NCBI GenBank assembly: GCA_013265495.1
Contig: MU058636.1
Span: 4,375,741 to 4,439,740, forward strand
From: Vicugna vicugna
Lineage: Eukaryota
DNA: 64,000 nt
Direction: 5' to 3'
Part shown: positions 21,967 to 36,080 of the stretch, in pieces
Numbering within the stretch: position 1 is the stretch's first letter
How the letters are laid out: each line of letters begins with the position of its first letter
Notes under the pieces: model-generated
Databases searched by the model: none
Told to the model about the DNA's origin: nothing
Seen by the model: the letters and a program-made list of their open reading frames with translations, nothing else
Position numbers and translations under genes: made by a program

Positions 21967-24949
21967 TTACTGTATTTAAAACTTTTTTGAAATCTGGAAA
22001 TATTTTTTCAATTGCATTTTAGATATAGTGATCAAGAGAGAGTTTATTTCTTTATGCTTAGGAAAAAGAACTTCTCTAGGAAAATAATGAATTTACTCAA
22101 AGTTGCTGAATTTAGACAAAAGAAATGAATATGCTTATATGACCGTCCAAAAATATGACATTAGATGTAAACTGTTTGCTATCTCATGCTATTAACTTAA
22201 GTATCCTGAAATATTTCACGGCTATATTGATAACTGTATTTTTGTAGATACCATTAAACTATGCAAATCAATGATGACAATGCAAGTAATTTATTCATTT
22301 TAAATAGCATTTCAAAATTTAGAGTCTTGACACTAAAAAGATTTTAAAAAAATCTAATAAAAAAGCACCAACAGCAAATCTTCAGATTTTTCCTAGTAGA
22401 GAACACAACTGGGCTATTTCAAGGCTGTCACCAATACATTTTTTTTCATATTGTCTTAGAAATTTCTATAAAGCCTATTACTTTTAGTATTTGAGCAGCT
22501 TTTTTCACCATTCACACTGGTACATTTATTTTCTTTTGGGGGGTCAAGGAGATCATTTTGTTCTAAAGAATTATATTTTCATTTAAAGTAAGTGCAACAG
22601 TGACACACCCTAGGAACGTTTCACTCCAGAACCGAATTGCTTGGCTTCCATCACCCAGAGCTGGTCCTGTAGCCTGTCTGTGCTTCGCTTTCCTCATCCA
22701 CAAAAAGGATGAAGGAGCAGTGTCTGTGTGAAGGAGGATTGAATGAGTTAGTATTTGTAAGTCTGGCAAGTTAGGAAGCGCTAAGAGTTTGCTGTTGTGA
22801 TGGCACCTCCTCAACTTTTGTTCATTCCTCAAGCATTCGCACAGTGCCTAGAGATCAAACAGGGAGCCAGGGATGAAGGACAACCTCCAGTACTGAAGAG
22901 TACGCCTGGGCAGACCAGATTCCTGGAAGGGTGACAGGAGACAGTCATGGAGGAAAGCAAGGTGCTGATTTGGTGGTGGAGGGGAGGGTGAGCTGGGGTG
23001 GGCAGGGAGAGTGAAAAGTCACTTTTCTTAAATAAGGGCTAGTTGTCCCTGGTCGAAACAAAGTCCAGATGTTGACATTTATTTTGGATTTTCCCCTTGG
23101 CCAGACAGCTAATTCCTGGCCTTTCCCTTCCTTCCCACCTCGTGCAGGCTTCTTGTTGCCATTTCTCTAGTGTGACTTTTCTGTAGGCGTTTGGTCTTAA
23201 TGCAGCTGTTGAAGGGCTGAAGATGGGGCAGCTGTAACTGATCACACAGGACTCCGGGTCCGGCTGTGGTTCTCTCCGTGCTCATCCACATGCCTGTGGT
23301 TGGTTGGCCCACTTGTCAGAGTAGAACAAGGAGCTACTGCTTTAGTTTACACTTTCTTAACCTCCCCTTCCCAACCCAACTGCTAGACTTGCAAAATGCT
23401 TCAAATATTCTCTAATCATACTAGGTTGTGGCACAAAGCTTCTCAAATACATTTTGAAATACCATGAAAATGTAAGCCCTGGATGGTTCTGATTTCTCTC
23501 ATAATTTGTTACACTGTGTATTTACTCGTAAAGTCAGTGTTACAAAATAGAAATTGTGTGTCGAGTTTCAGGGTTGAGAGTCAAGGAGCCATTTCAGAGA
23601 GGTAGAAATCTTATTTGTTCATCACTTTGTAAGGAACCCCAATATGAGGCTAAGAGGATCCGAATATGAATCAGATGCTCCAGGAGCTCGGAGCTGGATT
23701 AGGGGAAACAGATGTGGTTGCAAGTATTAGGTGCACACTAGTAGAATGACAAATGTGTTTCAGTGGTGGCTCATTGGAGGGAGTGGTCAGTTACCCTTTG
23801 GGGATGGAGGTGCTGTTAGGTAATGTGTGGTAGCACATTACCAGCTCATATTAACGAAGGACCTTCTGCAGGTGGGACACAGTGTCCAGGAGCAGGGTTA
23901 CACACCGTAATGGGACAGTGGGAAGGCAGACCAGAAAGCTGCCCATGTGGCCACATCTAGCTCAGCCCTGTACGCACACAGCCCCATTTGAGCTGGGGTC
24001 ATGTCCCAGCCACCAGCATATCTTTATTCACACCATTTCTGTTCCTATAGGGATGGCTTAGAAGCTACATCCCTGTCTGTTACAGAGATTGAGAGTATGC
24101 CTATCTTTTGTAAAATATGCAGGAGGTGCTGAGGCAAGCAAGTGAAAGATAAACCCCTACCCAAGTGGCCAACATCACCAGCAGAGCAGAAAGTTGATCC
24201 AAATAGAACTGCAGAAAGTTAACAATGGGGAGGAATAGAAAGAGAAGCTTTGGGAAGGAGTGTGACTTTGAGTCAAATAGCACATGTTTCACGAGTGAAG
24301 AATATATGCTAAGCCTTGAAACTAAAAGAGAAAGTCAATTTGATGTGAAAGGAGAAACATGATGATACATAATTCGATTGACTGAAAGGAAACTGATGTA
24401 TTAGGTGATGGAGAAACAGCTGGACACTCAGCAGTCCCATCTGGGAGGAAAAAGGAGGGGGCTAACCTAGTCCATGCGACCCTCCTGGGCTCAGTCATAG
24501 TAATGTTGAAGTCAAAGGGAGGGGAACCTTGGTGATGAAAATAAGGAGGGTTAGTTATGCACAGAAGACATGTTTCCAGGTTGGGATCAAGAAACCAAGA
24601 TGAATAAATCAATCCAGAACATTGTGTGTGAAATATGATCAAAGTGAGGGGAAGACTGTCTTCTGCAGAAGTGTCGTAACAGATAGGAAAAGGAGGCAGT
24701 AACCAGCGCACAGACAGGGCTTGCAGGGGAAGCAGCACCGGCCCGTGAGGCAGGGTCCCTGAATTCTCATCTCACTGCTGCTCCCACCCTGCTTTGTGGT
24801 CCTGGTGAGGGGGTTGCCCAATGTGTTTCTGTTTCTTTGCTTGTAAAACAAGAAGATTAGAATAATTGAATTCTAAGATCCTTACCACACTTAAAGATTT
24901 CCAGAAGGATAAGGAGAATAGAAGAATATAAAGTGAACTCAATTCTCAT

Positions 24950-25468
24950 TGTTACCAAGTCCAAACTCATTCTGCTTACTGCACGACCGGCCAGTAAATC
25001 GGGAGATGAGGTGTTGGGGTAAGCAATAACGACTTTATTCGGAAAGCCAGTAGATGGAGAAGACAGCAGACTAACGTCCTGGAGACCCATCTTCCACAAG
25101 TCAGAATTCAGGCTCCTTTTATACTAAAAAGGGGAAGAAGTGTGGTTGGTTGTTGCAACCTTCTTGGTGTCAGAATCCTTTGTTCTTGCAGCTGTCCTCT
25201 AGGTCAAGTCACTGTGTCCCTGTAAACCTCCAATAAGACAAATGGTATTCTCTGTTCTGCAACTTTTTCTCTCTTTGTGAATGAAAAAGTCTTAATACCC
25301 TTAAAGATCAGAGCCTTGAGAATGGGCTATCCTGTATATTTCAGGCTAGAGGCAACATTCTTTTCCAAAAGGTGGGAACCAGCATGACTCAGCTTGGGGA
25401 ACAGGGCACAGGGTTAGACCTAAAGGAACAGACCTAATATGGAGTCAGATTTGTTCTTCCCTATTACG
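24950..25468 (-). mobile_element. ERV1 solo LTR (cetartiodactyl MER41-like, 519 bp)
   Basis: Starts TGTTACC, ends TATTACG (CA mutated to CG); exact 4-bp TSD TCAT (24946-24949, 25469-25472); minus-strand AATAAA (ctttattc) and TATA-like (cttttatac). Confidence 0.88.
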
Positions 25469-25868
25469 TCATGACAAGTTCAAAATGAATTCACTACTCA
25501 GGAAGTAAGAAGGAGGTTTCTATCAGTTGGTCATTTACTTTTTTCTCGTCGTTTTTTAGATTGCCAACTCACTCACTCTTAATCTAGGTTCACAAAAAAG
25601 TCTATTCCATCCCTTCCTCAAAACCTTCCTGGAATGTCAAATTGTCTTCGTAAGACTTCTCCCCCAACTTCAGTAAGAATAGGCGTATTTTGAATCATTA
25701 AAGGCCAGGATGTCCAAAGTTTGTACATATTCTGCCTATTTTGCTCCTGCCTCGCTGCTTCTTGAGATGCCAGGGCCCTTGGTTTCCTTGGCTCTGTGGG
25801 TGCTACGTCCTGGGGAATATACTAGCCAAGGAATTTAAACTGTGTCTGTTTAAAGTTGCAGCATGCAG

Positions 25869-26165
25869 GTTGGGGGAAATGGGTTAAGGTGGCCAAAAGG
25901 TACAAACTTGGAGTTGTTGAGAGAGATAAGCCCTGGGGATGTCATGTACAGCATGGTAACTACAGTTAACAACACTGAATTGTTTGCTAACGGAGTAGAT
26001 CTTGGAAGCTCTCATCACAAGTGAAAGAAAATGTGTAACTATATGAGATAACAGATGTTAACTAAACATATTGTGGTATATATACTTATATCAAATCATT
26101 CCACTGTACACCTTAAACTTATACAATGTTATATGTCAATTATATCTCAATAAAACGGGAAAATC
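25869..26165 (+). mobile_element. L1MA9-like 3' end
   Basis: aaaggtacaaactt...ggggatgtcatgtacagcatggtaactacagttaac...gtcaattatatctcaataaa; degraded 16-bp TSD at 25853-25868 / 26166-26181 (12/16 identical). Confidence 0.88.
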
Positions 26166-26529
26166 AAGTTGCCTTGTGCAGTAGAATATTGCTTGGTCAC
26201 TTCAGTCATAGTGATAAGCATCAAATGAAAATTGTGGGGCACACATTGCCTTGTTTCTGCTAGAGTCAAGTGCTTTTTCTCTTGTTCAGTGTAATTGGGA
26301 ACACACATAAGAAACCAAAGGATAGAAAAGTCATTTCAGCCTGCCAATTAAACGTGGCATTGGACTGACTTTGTTTTCCTAGGGTGCTAATGTGACCCTA
26401 AGATATCAGAAGAGTGGCACCCCTCTTTTTTCTCTGGGTTCCAAAAGAAAGACAAGTTATTTAAGAATGTTGTCAAACCTTCCATAAAAATACACCTTTA
26501 GTAAGATTGAACAAGACACCCTGCAGCCA

Positions 26530-26810
26530 GAAGGGGCAAATCAACAAGAGTGGAGTTAGAGAAAGACGCTAGACGCTGAGGGTCAGATGACAAGACTGAG
26601 CATCACAGGGGAGAGTCCTGCTAAGTTTTAGACAACAATCTTGGTCAAGTTACATTTGAATTGCTGATGAGCTGCCACGTAGAAGATGCTGCAGAGTTAA
26701 CGACAGTTAAGATTCCACCGGATGAGGAGATCTGGGGTGAACAGTCGGATTGGGGACCTACAAGTGTTGGGTAGATGATAGAATCTGAGTACAGGTGATC
26801 AATAAAAAGG
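26530..26810 (-). mobile_element. L2 internal remnant
   Basis: agttacatttgaattgctgatgag...gaggagatctgggg...gggtagatgatagaatc resembles antisense L2. Confidence 0.45.
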
Positions 26811-28739
26811 GTGGGCAGGAGACCAACGGTGGAATTTTTTTTTTTTTATTAACACGAGCAAGGAAAAGTAGTCTTCAAGGCTATGTCTACACTAAACTGG
26901 CAAGTGAGGTTGAAGGGTCCAGAACATCTTTTATTGTTCACCACCATCCTACAACCTGGAGTTCCCCAAGAAGTTTTTGAAACGGATGCTCCATCTGCAT
27001 TCCAGGTAGGATATTTTGTGGTGGGTCCTGATTGCTTTGTGTTTTGATTCTTTCTCGGAATATCCACTAGCATGGATTCAGGTGTTCCACTGATCTTTAG
27101 AGTGCTGAGTTCATTCAGATTCTGAAATATGAGCTTTCTAATGAGTTTAAGCTTGTGCATGACCTGTCTTGATTGTGCACTTGGAAAGATTATCAGGAAA
27201 TCCCGGGAAGGGAAGTGTCATTAAGAAAATTCCAGGAGGGAGAATCAAGGTCAAGGAAAGTCTCAGCTGGAAAATCCTACCCCTGGTTGGGTGAGGATAA
27301 AGGGAGACTAGAGGTGAGCTAGCATAGTTTGTAAAAAGCCAGATACTGACTCTGCAATCAAAAAAAGACAAAGTAAATAAAAAATTTTATTTTGAAAATT
27401 CAATAAAGCACCAGGGAAGAAAATAATGATTATCACAGAGTCTATCAGAGGTTTCCATTTAAGAGGAGGGAAGAAAAAGAGTGTGTTAGACAGGAGTGGC
27501 CACTTAGTTCAAAGGAGGCTTTTAGGAAAATTAGATTGAGAAAGTGACATTCATAATTGATGACATGAGGGTAGTAAAACGTTTCCTGCACTTTCTGGTA
27601 TTTTTAATTTGATTACTCTGTATCCTCTGAGATATGGAAGAGCATGGGTGACTTTGTAATATTAGTTATCTGTCCAAGTTGAATGTTGTAGATGTACGTG
27701 TGTGTGCTCTATGTAATAGGGCCAGAATGTGGGTCTGTAACGTGTAGTTCAGTTTTGAGATTCTTAGCCTGGGTTGCTACTCATGTGTAGAATTTAAGGT
27801 GTATTGACAACCAACGGATTGTGTTTGAGTCGTTGGCATTTGAATGAGGATATATTTTCTTTTTCTCTCTTACTCCACAAATAAATTGTGTGAATTTTAA
27901 AAATTTCTACTTCAGTGGCATACTAGAAAAATTCAGAATGGTGGCAGAGTGAAAGCTCACTTGAAATTTTAACTCTGACATAGACGTGTTTTTCCCTTGC
28001 CAATACAGGGAATCTGCAGGGACACTTTGTTTCCAGACAGATGGAAAATTCCTATTTTGGGAATCAACTCTGACTATTTTTAAATAGTATTCAGCCATTA
28101 CTTAATCTGGGGCATGGCTTTTGATCCACTGCTCCAAGGATTAAACAAAATTCTGGGTTTCAAGTGAAAGGTCAATAACTACCACGTAGGCCTGTGTGGA
28201 AAAGGCTGAGTCACGTGGTTCACTGGCGCACATGCATCTGAGGTTCGTTCGTGTGGGACTAGCTATTTGTGTTGGGTTTCTTGGTAAATGTTTTTTCAAA
28301 ATACATTTTGACAGTTGTTTGATGTATCAGGATACCGTAAGTGGGTCCAAATCAGTCTGACAGCTTGTTTGCATTGAAGTCTCTGACTTTGCTAAGTGAA
28401 GTGTGGGTGTTGCTAAAGACACAGTTTTCAAAGTATTCGTGACCATGATTGATGCCTGGACGTATTTCCCAATGTATAAGTGCCTTTAGCTTCAGTGCAG
28501 TCTGACTGACTGCAGATTAAGTAACAAATGAAATTGAGACTCAGTGGAAACGTGAAGCTAAGTCAGATAAAGAGCACTAGCATTACCCTCGAGTGTGGAT
28601 CCGAGTGGAAGAGGAATCTGGGATCCTGATGTCATGATAGCTTCCTCTGAAACGTGATGCTCTCAGCCTGTGAAGAGACTGCTCGTGTGTATGTGCAGTA
28701 TTTCAGTGTATATCTATTTAGAAAGGACTACCTGGGTTA

Positions 28740-28980
28740 TATTTATAAGTATACAGATACACACATATATTATAGATCATATATGTGCTAGATAATCCTC
28801 TCAAATATATATAGAATATAATATATATAGAGAGAGAGCCAGAGAGACGGAGAGGGACAGAGACAGAGCGTACACCCAAGTGTGTGCATGCACTAGTGCA
28901 TACGTGTGTGTGTGTGTGTGTGTGTGTATTCTGTGGATGGATATGTGCGTGCACATGTATATATGTACACATATATTTAA
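28740..28980. repeat. TA/GA/TG low-complexity region including (GT)12 at 28904-28927
   Basis: Read directly. Confidence 0.9.
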
Positions 28981-29934
28981 TGCTATACCCCAGATGGCTG
29001 GAAATCTTTCTCACATTGCTTCCCTGTTCTTCAAGTACATTTCTGAACAGTGTCCTTGAAGTTGTGAATAGTTGTGAATGCCCCTAGGCATCAGTAGACA
29101 TAGCATTATCTCCAGTTCTGTGGAGATAATGCCTAAGCTTATAGATTAAAATATATTCTTGCTTTTTCTTCAACAGTTTTCTTTTCTAAAAAATAAAGGC
29201 AATGGGAATCTTTCCCAATGATTTTTTTTTTAATGTGAAATCATTTGTTGTCCTCAGGCCCAAGAACCTTAAAGGGTAGATATCATCATAGAACCTCAGG
29301 AGCTACTATCCTGAGATTAGGTCTAACTTTGAAATGTAATTTCCATAGGATCCCACGGTTCAAATTTAAGGTGTCCTGAACTACATCTGAAATTTTCAGA
29401 TTACCACGGAATAGAAATTTGTTTGATGAGAAAGCCCCCTGTGCCTAGTAGGAGAATAAGCTCTAAGACTCCAATATTCACAGGCATCCGAATTTATCTT
29501 TGATGTCATAATGGCTTTTTCTGAATCTGTACCTGTTCACCAGGAAAGCGTAGAGATCTGCTTCCAAATTAAAGCTATATATGGTGTAATATCTATCCTA
29601 TATAATCATAATGTCATAATAAAGATACATCATGTAATAAGTTATTTCTAAATATTGCCTTAAAACATGGCTGTAGATGTATCAGAAGGAAAAATATGAC
29701 CTGATTTAGATAATATAATTAGCCTCTGGGTTATTATTATTATTAATGCACTGAAATCTCATTAATTCACACACAGTTTGGAATTGATTATTTAAGTGAA
29801 ACCTTGGCCTAAGTCTCCAGTTTCTCTATTTATAATGAAAGTAGAAATAATTGGTATGGATGAAGTAGATTTTAAGAGGAGGAACACAACGAGTGCCTCC
29901 AAGTGCTAAGCAGCACAGGTGTTACTCATTGAAG

Positions 29935-30090
29935 TCGCAGGTAGCCTCTGAAGGAGATGATGTCACCTGTAGTTTGCCAATGAGAAATCTGAGGTTTATG
30001 GCTTAAGTGATCAACCAAAGTCATGTATCTAAAAAAGTGGATTGAGGATTTGAACTCGGGCCCCGTGCTTTTTTGAGGACCACACCTCTT
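29935..30090 (-). mobile_element. MIR SINE
   Basis: atgagaaatctgaggtt...ttaagtgatcaaccaaagtca...ggatttgaactcggg. Confidence 0.7.
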
Positions 30091-32462
30091 TCTCAGTTCC
30101 TTAGGAATTTTCATTCTTTCATTCAAGAGTATTTCCTGAGCAGCACCGTGGTCCTAACAATATGTTAAACATTATTCTTGCAAGGAACGTGCTTATTATA
30201 ATGTTTAGTGATCGTTCTTACCCGGGCACTCCAGCAGTGCTGTCGGGCTTCAGTGTGCTGGGGCTCTCCAGGCCTGGGAGACACTCCTCTGCATACATTC
30301 CAAATGCTCAGATCCTAATAATTTATATTCCTCTGAACCTCATGCCTATCCCCAACCAGCCTGATTAGTTCTGTTTTGCTCCACTTCATTTTGTGTGTTC
30401 GTGGAACTTCTTACCGCTTAAAGCCAGGATTCAGTATAGGACAGGACGGATAAAGCCCAGCCTTCCTCAGCAGCAGCCACTTCCTGATAGCATTGTGGGC
30501 AAAGGCTCTTGATGAACCTGAACTCTGAAGATGTTCTCCACTGTCGAGCTGATGATGACACAAATGAAAACCAGTTAGAACTTTAAGGTAGAAGACCTCA
30601 GAATCTATTCTGAGAGTTAGATGGGAAGAAGTAGCTGTGAAAATGTCTTATTTTGAAAATCAGGAGCAAAGATTTTCTTGTTTGTGCTGCCAGTTTTGTG
30701 TTTCAGAAAATAGCTGGCCCTTCTGATGGTTGAGTTCACAAAGAAATGGTGTGCTTCCTCCTCAGCTTCAAGTTCAGTGAGCTTCTAGGTTCTTAGAAGT
30801 GTCTGCAGTATTTCTCCCTCCTGTCTTAGCGAGGCATAAGCATTATTCTTGTTGAAATGCACAGGAAGGCCTAGCAGAGTTCCTGCCATGTGGAAGCCAC
30901 TTGTCTTGCTATTTTCATCACTGCTAATGTTAGATGTGATTTCTTTAAAGCCTTCCTTTAATCTCTGAGATACACGAAATTCTAAGTGTTCCTGTGAAAT
31001 GTCAGTGAATGGAATTAAGCAGGCAATTAAGCAGAGACAAGCTACGCTGGCATAACTACACCTTAGCATATATATTTTAGAAAAAAAGTAACTCAAAAGG
31101 TGGAAAAGTTGAAGTATTTTTAAAGATGCCTGGGGACTTGTTAGCAATGGATGCCCTGGCACACTGTTTCTATTACACACTTTTATCTTGGAAGAATGGT
31201 GGCATTTTATGATAACAAATTTCCTCCCAGTCTGTGATAAACTAATGGGTTGTATTTTCCCTCTCATTACTGGCTGAGACTTCTGCTAACAGCCAGGCCT
31301 CACTGGCTCTGTGCCAGGATTGTCATCTGTCCTCTTACCCGTGTTATAAAGCATGTCCTTTCATGTCCCGTGACCCAAATGGAAACAACTCCAGTGATTG
31401 CTTCACACACAGTAGAAATGAGGCATTGGTGCACACTGAGAATCTACTGTTTAGTCGTCTACTTCCTCGAGAGTCAGACCTGTATAGGGTGCTCCTTCTA
31501 TAGAAATAATTTATGGAGGAAAAGGAGAGCAAAAAAAGAAAAAGAAGACAAAAAAGGATAAACTTCTATAGCGCTCCACTGAAGTGAGATACCAACCCCA
31601 GGAATTTCTCTAGTCATTATGTTGGGAACAGCAGGTGCTTGTGCAATTACCAGATGAATTACATCAGTGTATGTATGCAAACTGTAAAGTGCAGTCCAAA
31701 ATAGAGCTTTGCTTCAGAATTGTGTTTTCCTTATTCACTTGTACCCAGATCAATCCATAATTTCCTCAACATTCACTTTCTTTGGTGTGTTGAGCGTTGT
31801 CTATAAGCATGTTTCACCTTGCATGTCTGTGTATTCTAGACATCAAAGACTAGACTCTCACTTAATTTTAATACATCTTATTTGCTAAGAAAAGAGTGGT
31901 AATTAAGTGGTATCTTTGCCAAAAAGAAAAAAAGAAAAAAAAAGTTAGAATGATTCCTTTGGTCTTGTCTTACAGTTTTTGGTCCCATACCTGCTGGAAA
32001 TTAACTTTAACAGTAACTCATTTAATCAAGTTAAAAGACCTTTTAAAAGTAGCTTATGCAATAAAATCATAAACTATTGGCCCCTGTGAAATGCTAAGTG
32101 TGTCAGCAGTCTTTAAACCTTTTGCAAAAAGAATCGTGGAAAAGGTTTACATGAATGGGTTAGATTTTATTTTAAAACTCATTAAGTGAATGAACAAATA
32201 CGAACAATTTGCCTTATAAGTTACTGTAAGTACTTTCAGTAAAGGAAAATAGGAGTCAAGTATTGGAGTAGTAATCAAGTCTCAGAGCAATGGTTAGGTA
32301 TAGAGAGGAATAAATGTGTTTTGAAATAACAGAAGAGCCATAATTTCAGGTTTTTTAAAAAATATGAGCTGTAATTTATATAAACAATCAGTTATTTCCA
32401 CTTTGGGGTTGTTTTCTTGCTTAATAAATGGAATACACAGTTACGTGTTTAAGAAGGAGTTA

Positions 32463-32636
32463 ATTGCAGCAACATGGATAGATCTAGAGATGATCATACT
32501 AAGTGAAGTAAATCAGAGAAAGACAATTATCATATATCACTTAGATGTGGAAGCTAAAAAAAATGATACAAATGAACTTATTTATGAAACAGAAACAGAC
32601 TCATAGACACAGAAAACAAACTTATGGTTACCAAAG
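32463..32636 (+). mobile_element. Cetartiodactyl L1 fragment (ORF2 end / start of 3' UTR), truncated at both ends
   Basis: Encodes AATWIDLEMIILSEVNQ; gatacaaatgaacttatttatgaaacagaaacagactc...cttatggttaccaaag. Confidence 0.88.
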
Positions 32637-32689
32637 CACAGCCCTAGACCAAAGGCTTACAGGGGCTAAAATGTCACAAGCTGTAATTT

Positions 32690-32900
32690 TTCTAGAATGG
32701 GTTGAACTGCTCTCAGCTCAGCCAGTTCCTCCCAGCCCTAGTGTTGCCAGGTTTTCTGATTTCTTTTTCTTTTTCAGGGAAGCCAGAAATTCAGAGTCCT
32801 GTGGGAAACTTCTTGATTTGTACGTGTTGGTAACTAATCGAAAACTTTTTAAACGTCTTATGACTCTGGCCCTCAGGTGGCCACTTTGTGGCTTCTGTTC
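32690..32900. mobile_element. MER102-like hAT DNA transposon remnant
   Basis: gttgccaggttttctgattt...gaagccagaaatt...gttggtaactaat. Confidence 0.6.
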
Positions 32901-33219
32901 CCAGCATTTCATATTTTAAACCAGGTTCTCTGGCTCATCCAACTTGCAGGATTAGATTTGGTTAAGGACAATAAAGGATCCCTGATTCTCACAAATGCAG
33001 GTGTGCTTGAACATATTTTTAAATGCATGGACTCGATCCCACATCAGAATCTATTCAGTGGTTGCCCAGCTAACTCAAGTGCCTTCAGGAAAGAAAATTT
33101 CATGTCTTCAAAGAACCTAGAGTGGGAAAGCATCGGGGATAAAGCCCTCGTTGCTCCAGCTGACTGCACCTATCCCCTTTTTTTAACCATTCATCCCACC
33201 TGGAAGCATTTGTTCAGCG

Positions 33220-33340
33220 TCCGTTTGCCATGTCAGATTACAGGCTTCTTGAGGGCAGGCAGAATCTGTCGTGTTCCTCTCCGTATCCCCAGTATCTTGT
33301 GTATGGCAGGCTTTGTGCAAGTATTTACTGAATGAATGAG
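33220..33340 (+). mobile_element. L2 3' end
   Basis: cttcttgagggcaggc...tatccccag...gtatttactgaatgaatgag. Confidence 0.7.
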
Positions 33341-33374
33341 TAAGAACATAATGTAACTTAAAGCCCAAGGAGGG

Positions 33375-34045
33375 AATGTTGGTGAGGATGTGGGACAATT
33401 GGAACTCTTGTGCACTGCTGGTGGGAATGTGAAATGGTGCATCCACTTTGGAAAACAGCATGGAGATTCCTCAAAAAATTAGAAATAGAATTTACCATAT
33501 CATCCAGCAATTCTATTTCTGGATATGTACCCCCCAAAATTGAAAGCAAGGGCACAAAGAGATATTTGCATACCCATGATCATAACAGCATTATTCCCGC
33601 TAGCTAAAAGGTGGACGCAACCCAGCAGCATGAACAGATAAACAAAATATTATACATACATAAAATGGAATATTATTCTGCCTTGAGGAAGAAAATTTTG
33701 TCACGTGATACTACATGGGTAAAACCTGAAGACATTATGGTGAGTGAAATGAGATAATCACAAAAGGAGAACTACTGTATGATTCCACTTATATGAAGTG
33801 TCCAGAGTAGTCAAACTCATAGAGACAGATGGTTAGAATGGTGGTTACTGGAGTCTGGGAGGAGAGGGCAATGGGAAGAGATTGCTTAATGGGTGCAGAG
33901 TTTCAGGTCTGCAAGATGAAAAGAGTTCTGTGGATGGTTGGTGGTGATGGTTGCACAAGTGTGAATGTACCTAATGACACTGAACTGTGTGCTTAAAAAT
34001 GATTCAAGTGGTAAATTTTGTTATATATATTTTGCTAAAAACATG
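33375..34045 (+). mobile_element. L1MB3/4-like 3' portion (decayed ORF2 end plus 3' UTR)
   Basis: Translates HCWWECEMVHPLWKTAWRFLKKLEIE; typical L1MB 3' UTR (gatgaaaagagttctgtggatgg...ggtaaattttg). Confidence 0.9.
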
Positions 34046-35029
34046 TAATTTTTTTTAATTCAGGAAATTCACGGTCACGGTCTTCTACCCTGGAGCTTTT
34101 AAAACTGTCCCAGACTATCTGTAGTGTTTTTGAAGTAGCATGGTAGTAAAGGGAGGACTTAAAGCTGGGAGCTGGTAGACCTAGGTCCTGAAAAGTCGTT
34201 TGATTTCTTAGAGCCTCATTCCCCACACATGTGTCGTGCTGTCTCCCTCGAAACAACTTAGTAGTAAAGTGAAGATGATGAGAAGAAATATGTATGAGAA
34301 AGGTATGCATGCTAGATTAATCTGGGCCGAACACAATAAGCTCTGGGGGAATCAATGTATTATTGAGACAGAAACCTCCTGGTCACATAGCCAACATGTG
34401 AGATCCTTGTGGAACTGATGCCCCAGCGTGATCGTCCCCAGTTCAGTTAAATGGTCGACTGGGTGTAAAAGTTTGCCTCAGTCACTGAGAAGGTTTGCTT
34501 TGCTTTGCTGTTGTCTTCATGATGATGATGATATTATTTAAGCATTGTTTCCTGTGTGCTGACCTGCCCTGGGAGTCAGATTCTTCTCTAGCTCTCAGAG
34601 TCAGGTGAGGTGGGAAGAGAGTCCAGGTGCAATAGGATATCGAGTCTCGAGATGCAGTGCCCCACCCTGAGGTGCAGCATCTTCAGGTGACCTTGACCGG
34701 CCCCGGGAGCCATGTGAATGTCTGTTGTTCAAAGCAGCCAGATTTCAGCAATTAGAGAAGAGAGCATAAGCGTTTTAATATTTCCATTCTCTAGAGATCG
34801 GCATTATTAAGAAAGCAAGCTCTCGGTTTCCTGTCACATGCTGTATCGAAGCTCATTGTTGAAGAGGAAGTTATCTTGAGGCCGAGAAATTAAACGAGAT
34901 TCTCTACTCATTCTGAATCATAGATGGCCCAGTTTATCCACCCTAATGTTTTAAAAATGAACACAACCAAATGCCTTGCACGTTGCTACTTGCAGATTGA
35001 TTCTTGCCGTTGTTTGGAGAGCTTTCAGT

Positions 35030-36080
35030 CACATCATGCACTAAAATTAATTCAAGATTGATTAAAGGAGTTGAATGCAGAAAACAAAACCATGAAAATC
35101 AAGAAGAAAAGACTGATGACAATTTAGTTTGGGGAAAGGATCTTGAGATATAAATGCAGTGAAAACATTGCAAAAGAAAAATTGATAAATTTAACTACAT
35201 TGATAAATTTAACTGCAAATAACTTCTACATATCAAAAATATAAAAGTTAAGCAACATGTTAGGAAAATATTTGCAACAAATCTGATAGGCTAAAAGCTA
35301 ATAATATAAATCTCTCTAATTAATTATAAAAAACTTTATCATCCCAATAAAATAATGGACACAGGACATGATTAGGAACATGATTTTTCTTTACAAACTA
35401 AGAAATGTAAGTGGCTAGTTATTGTGAAAAAAGTAATTATCTCTAGATATTAAAAAGATGCAAACTTAAGCAAGATGAAGACTGTTTCTCCTAGTAAACT
35501 GGCAAAATTTTTTTTTACAAGATAACCTTCAATACTGGCATTCATACACTGCTGGGTGGAGTATAAGTTGATATAGCTTTTCTGGAAAGCTATTTAGCAG
35601 CAGAAACTAAGAACTTTAAATATGATCATATGCATTGACTCAGAAACTGTTCTAAGGAAATAATTAGAAATATCAGTAAAGATTTATATGTAAGGATGTT
35701 CACTGCAGCATTATTTGTAGCAGTGAAAAACTGAAGATAAGACAAACGAACAACAGGAAATTATTTACATAAATTATGACTCATCAGTGATGATACTAAA
35801 AATCAAGAGTCAAAAAATATTTATTAAAATGTTCAGTGTGAAATGTGCCCAATTATATAATGTATAATTGTGTGAATGTGAACAATTACATAGCAGTAGA
35901 TGCCATGGCAAATGTATACATGTGTGTTGAAGAAGGATTACATGACAATCAGCAATGTGTTAGAAACAGTTATCTCTGGATGGCCAGATTATAAATAATT
36001 TCAATTTTCTTTATGCTTTTCTGCCTGTTCTAGATTTTCTACAGTAAAATATTATTTTTATAAATGGGGAAAAGATTTTT
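35030..36080 (+). mobile_element. Very old L1 (L1ME-like) ORF2 end / 3' UTR
   Basis: Degenerate L1 motifs: aaaattaattcaagattgattaaag, aaaattgataaatttaactacat, ttcatacactgctgggtggagt, aggatgttcactgcagcattattt. Confidence 0.75.

Noticed and set aside
26920..27010. Possible exon ending CAG|GTAGGA
   Set aside because: No good upstream acceptor and no recognisable peptide
30490..30782. Possible small internal exons (e.g. acceptor at 30706, donor near 30776)
   Set aside because: Splice signals only moderate; cannot be supported without transcript data
30785..31267. 160-aa minus-strand ORF
   Set aside because: No recognisable homology or exon structure; non-ATG start; chance ORF
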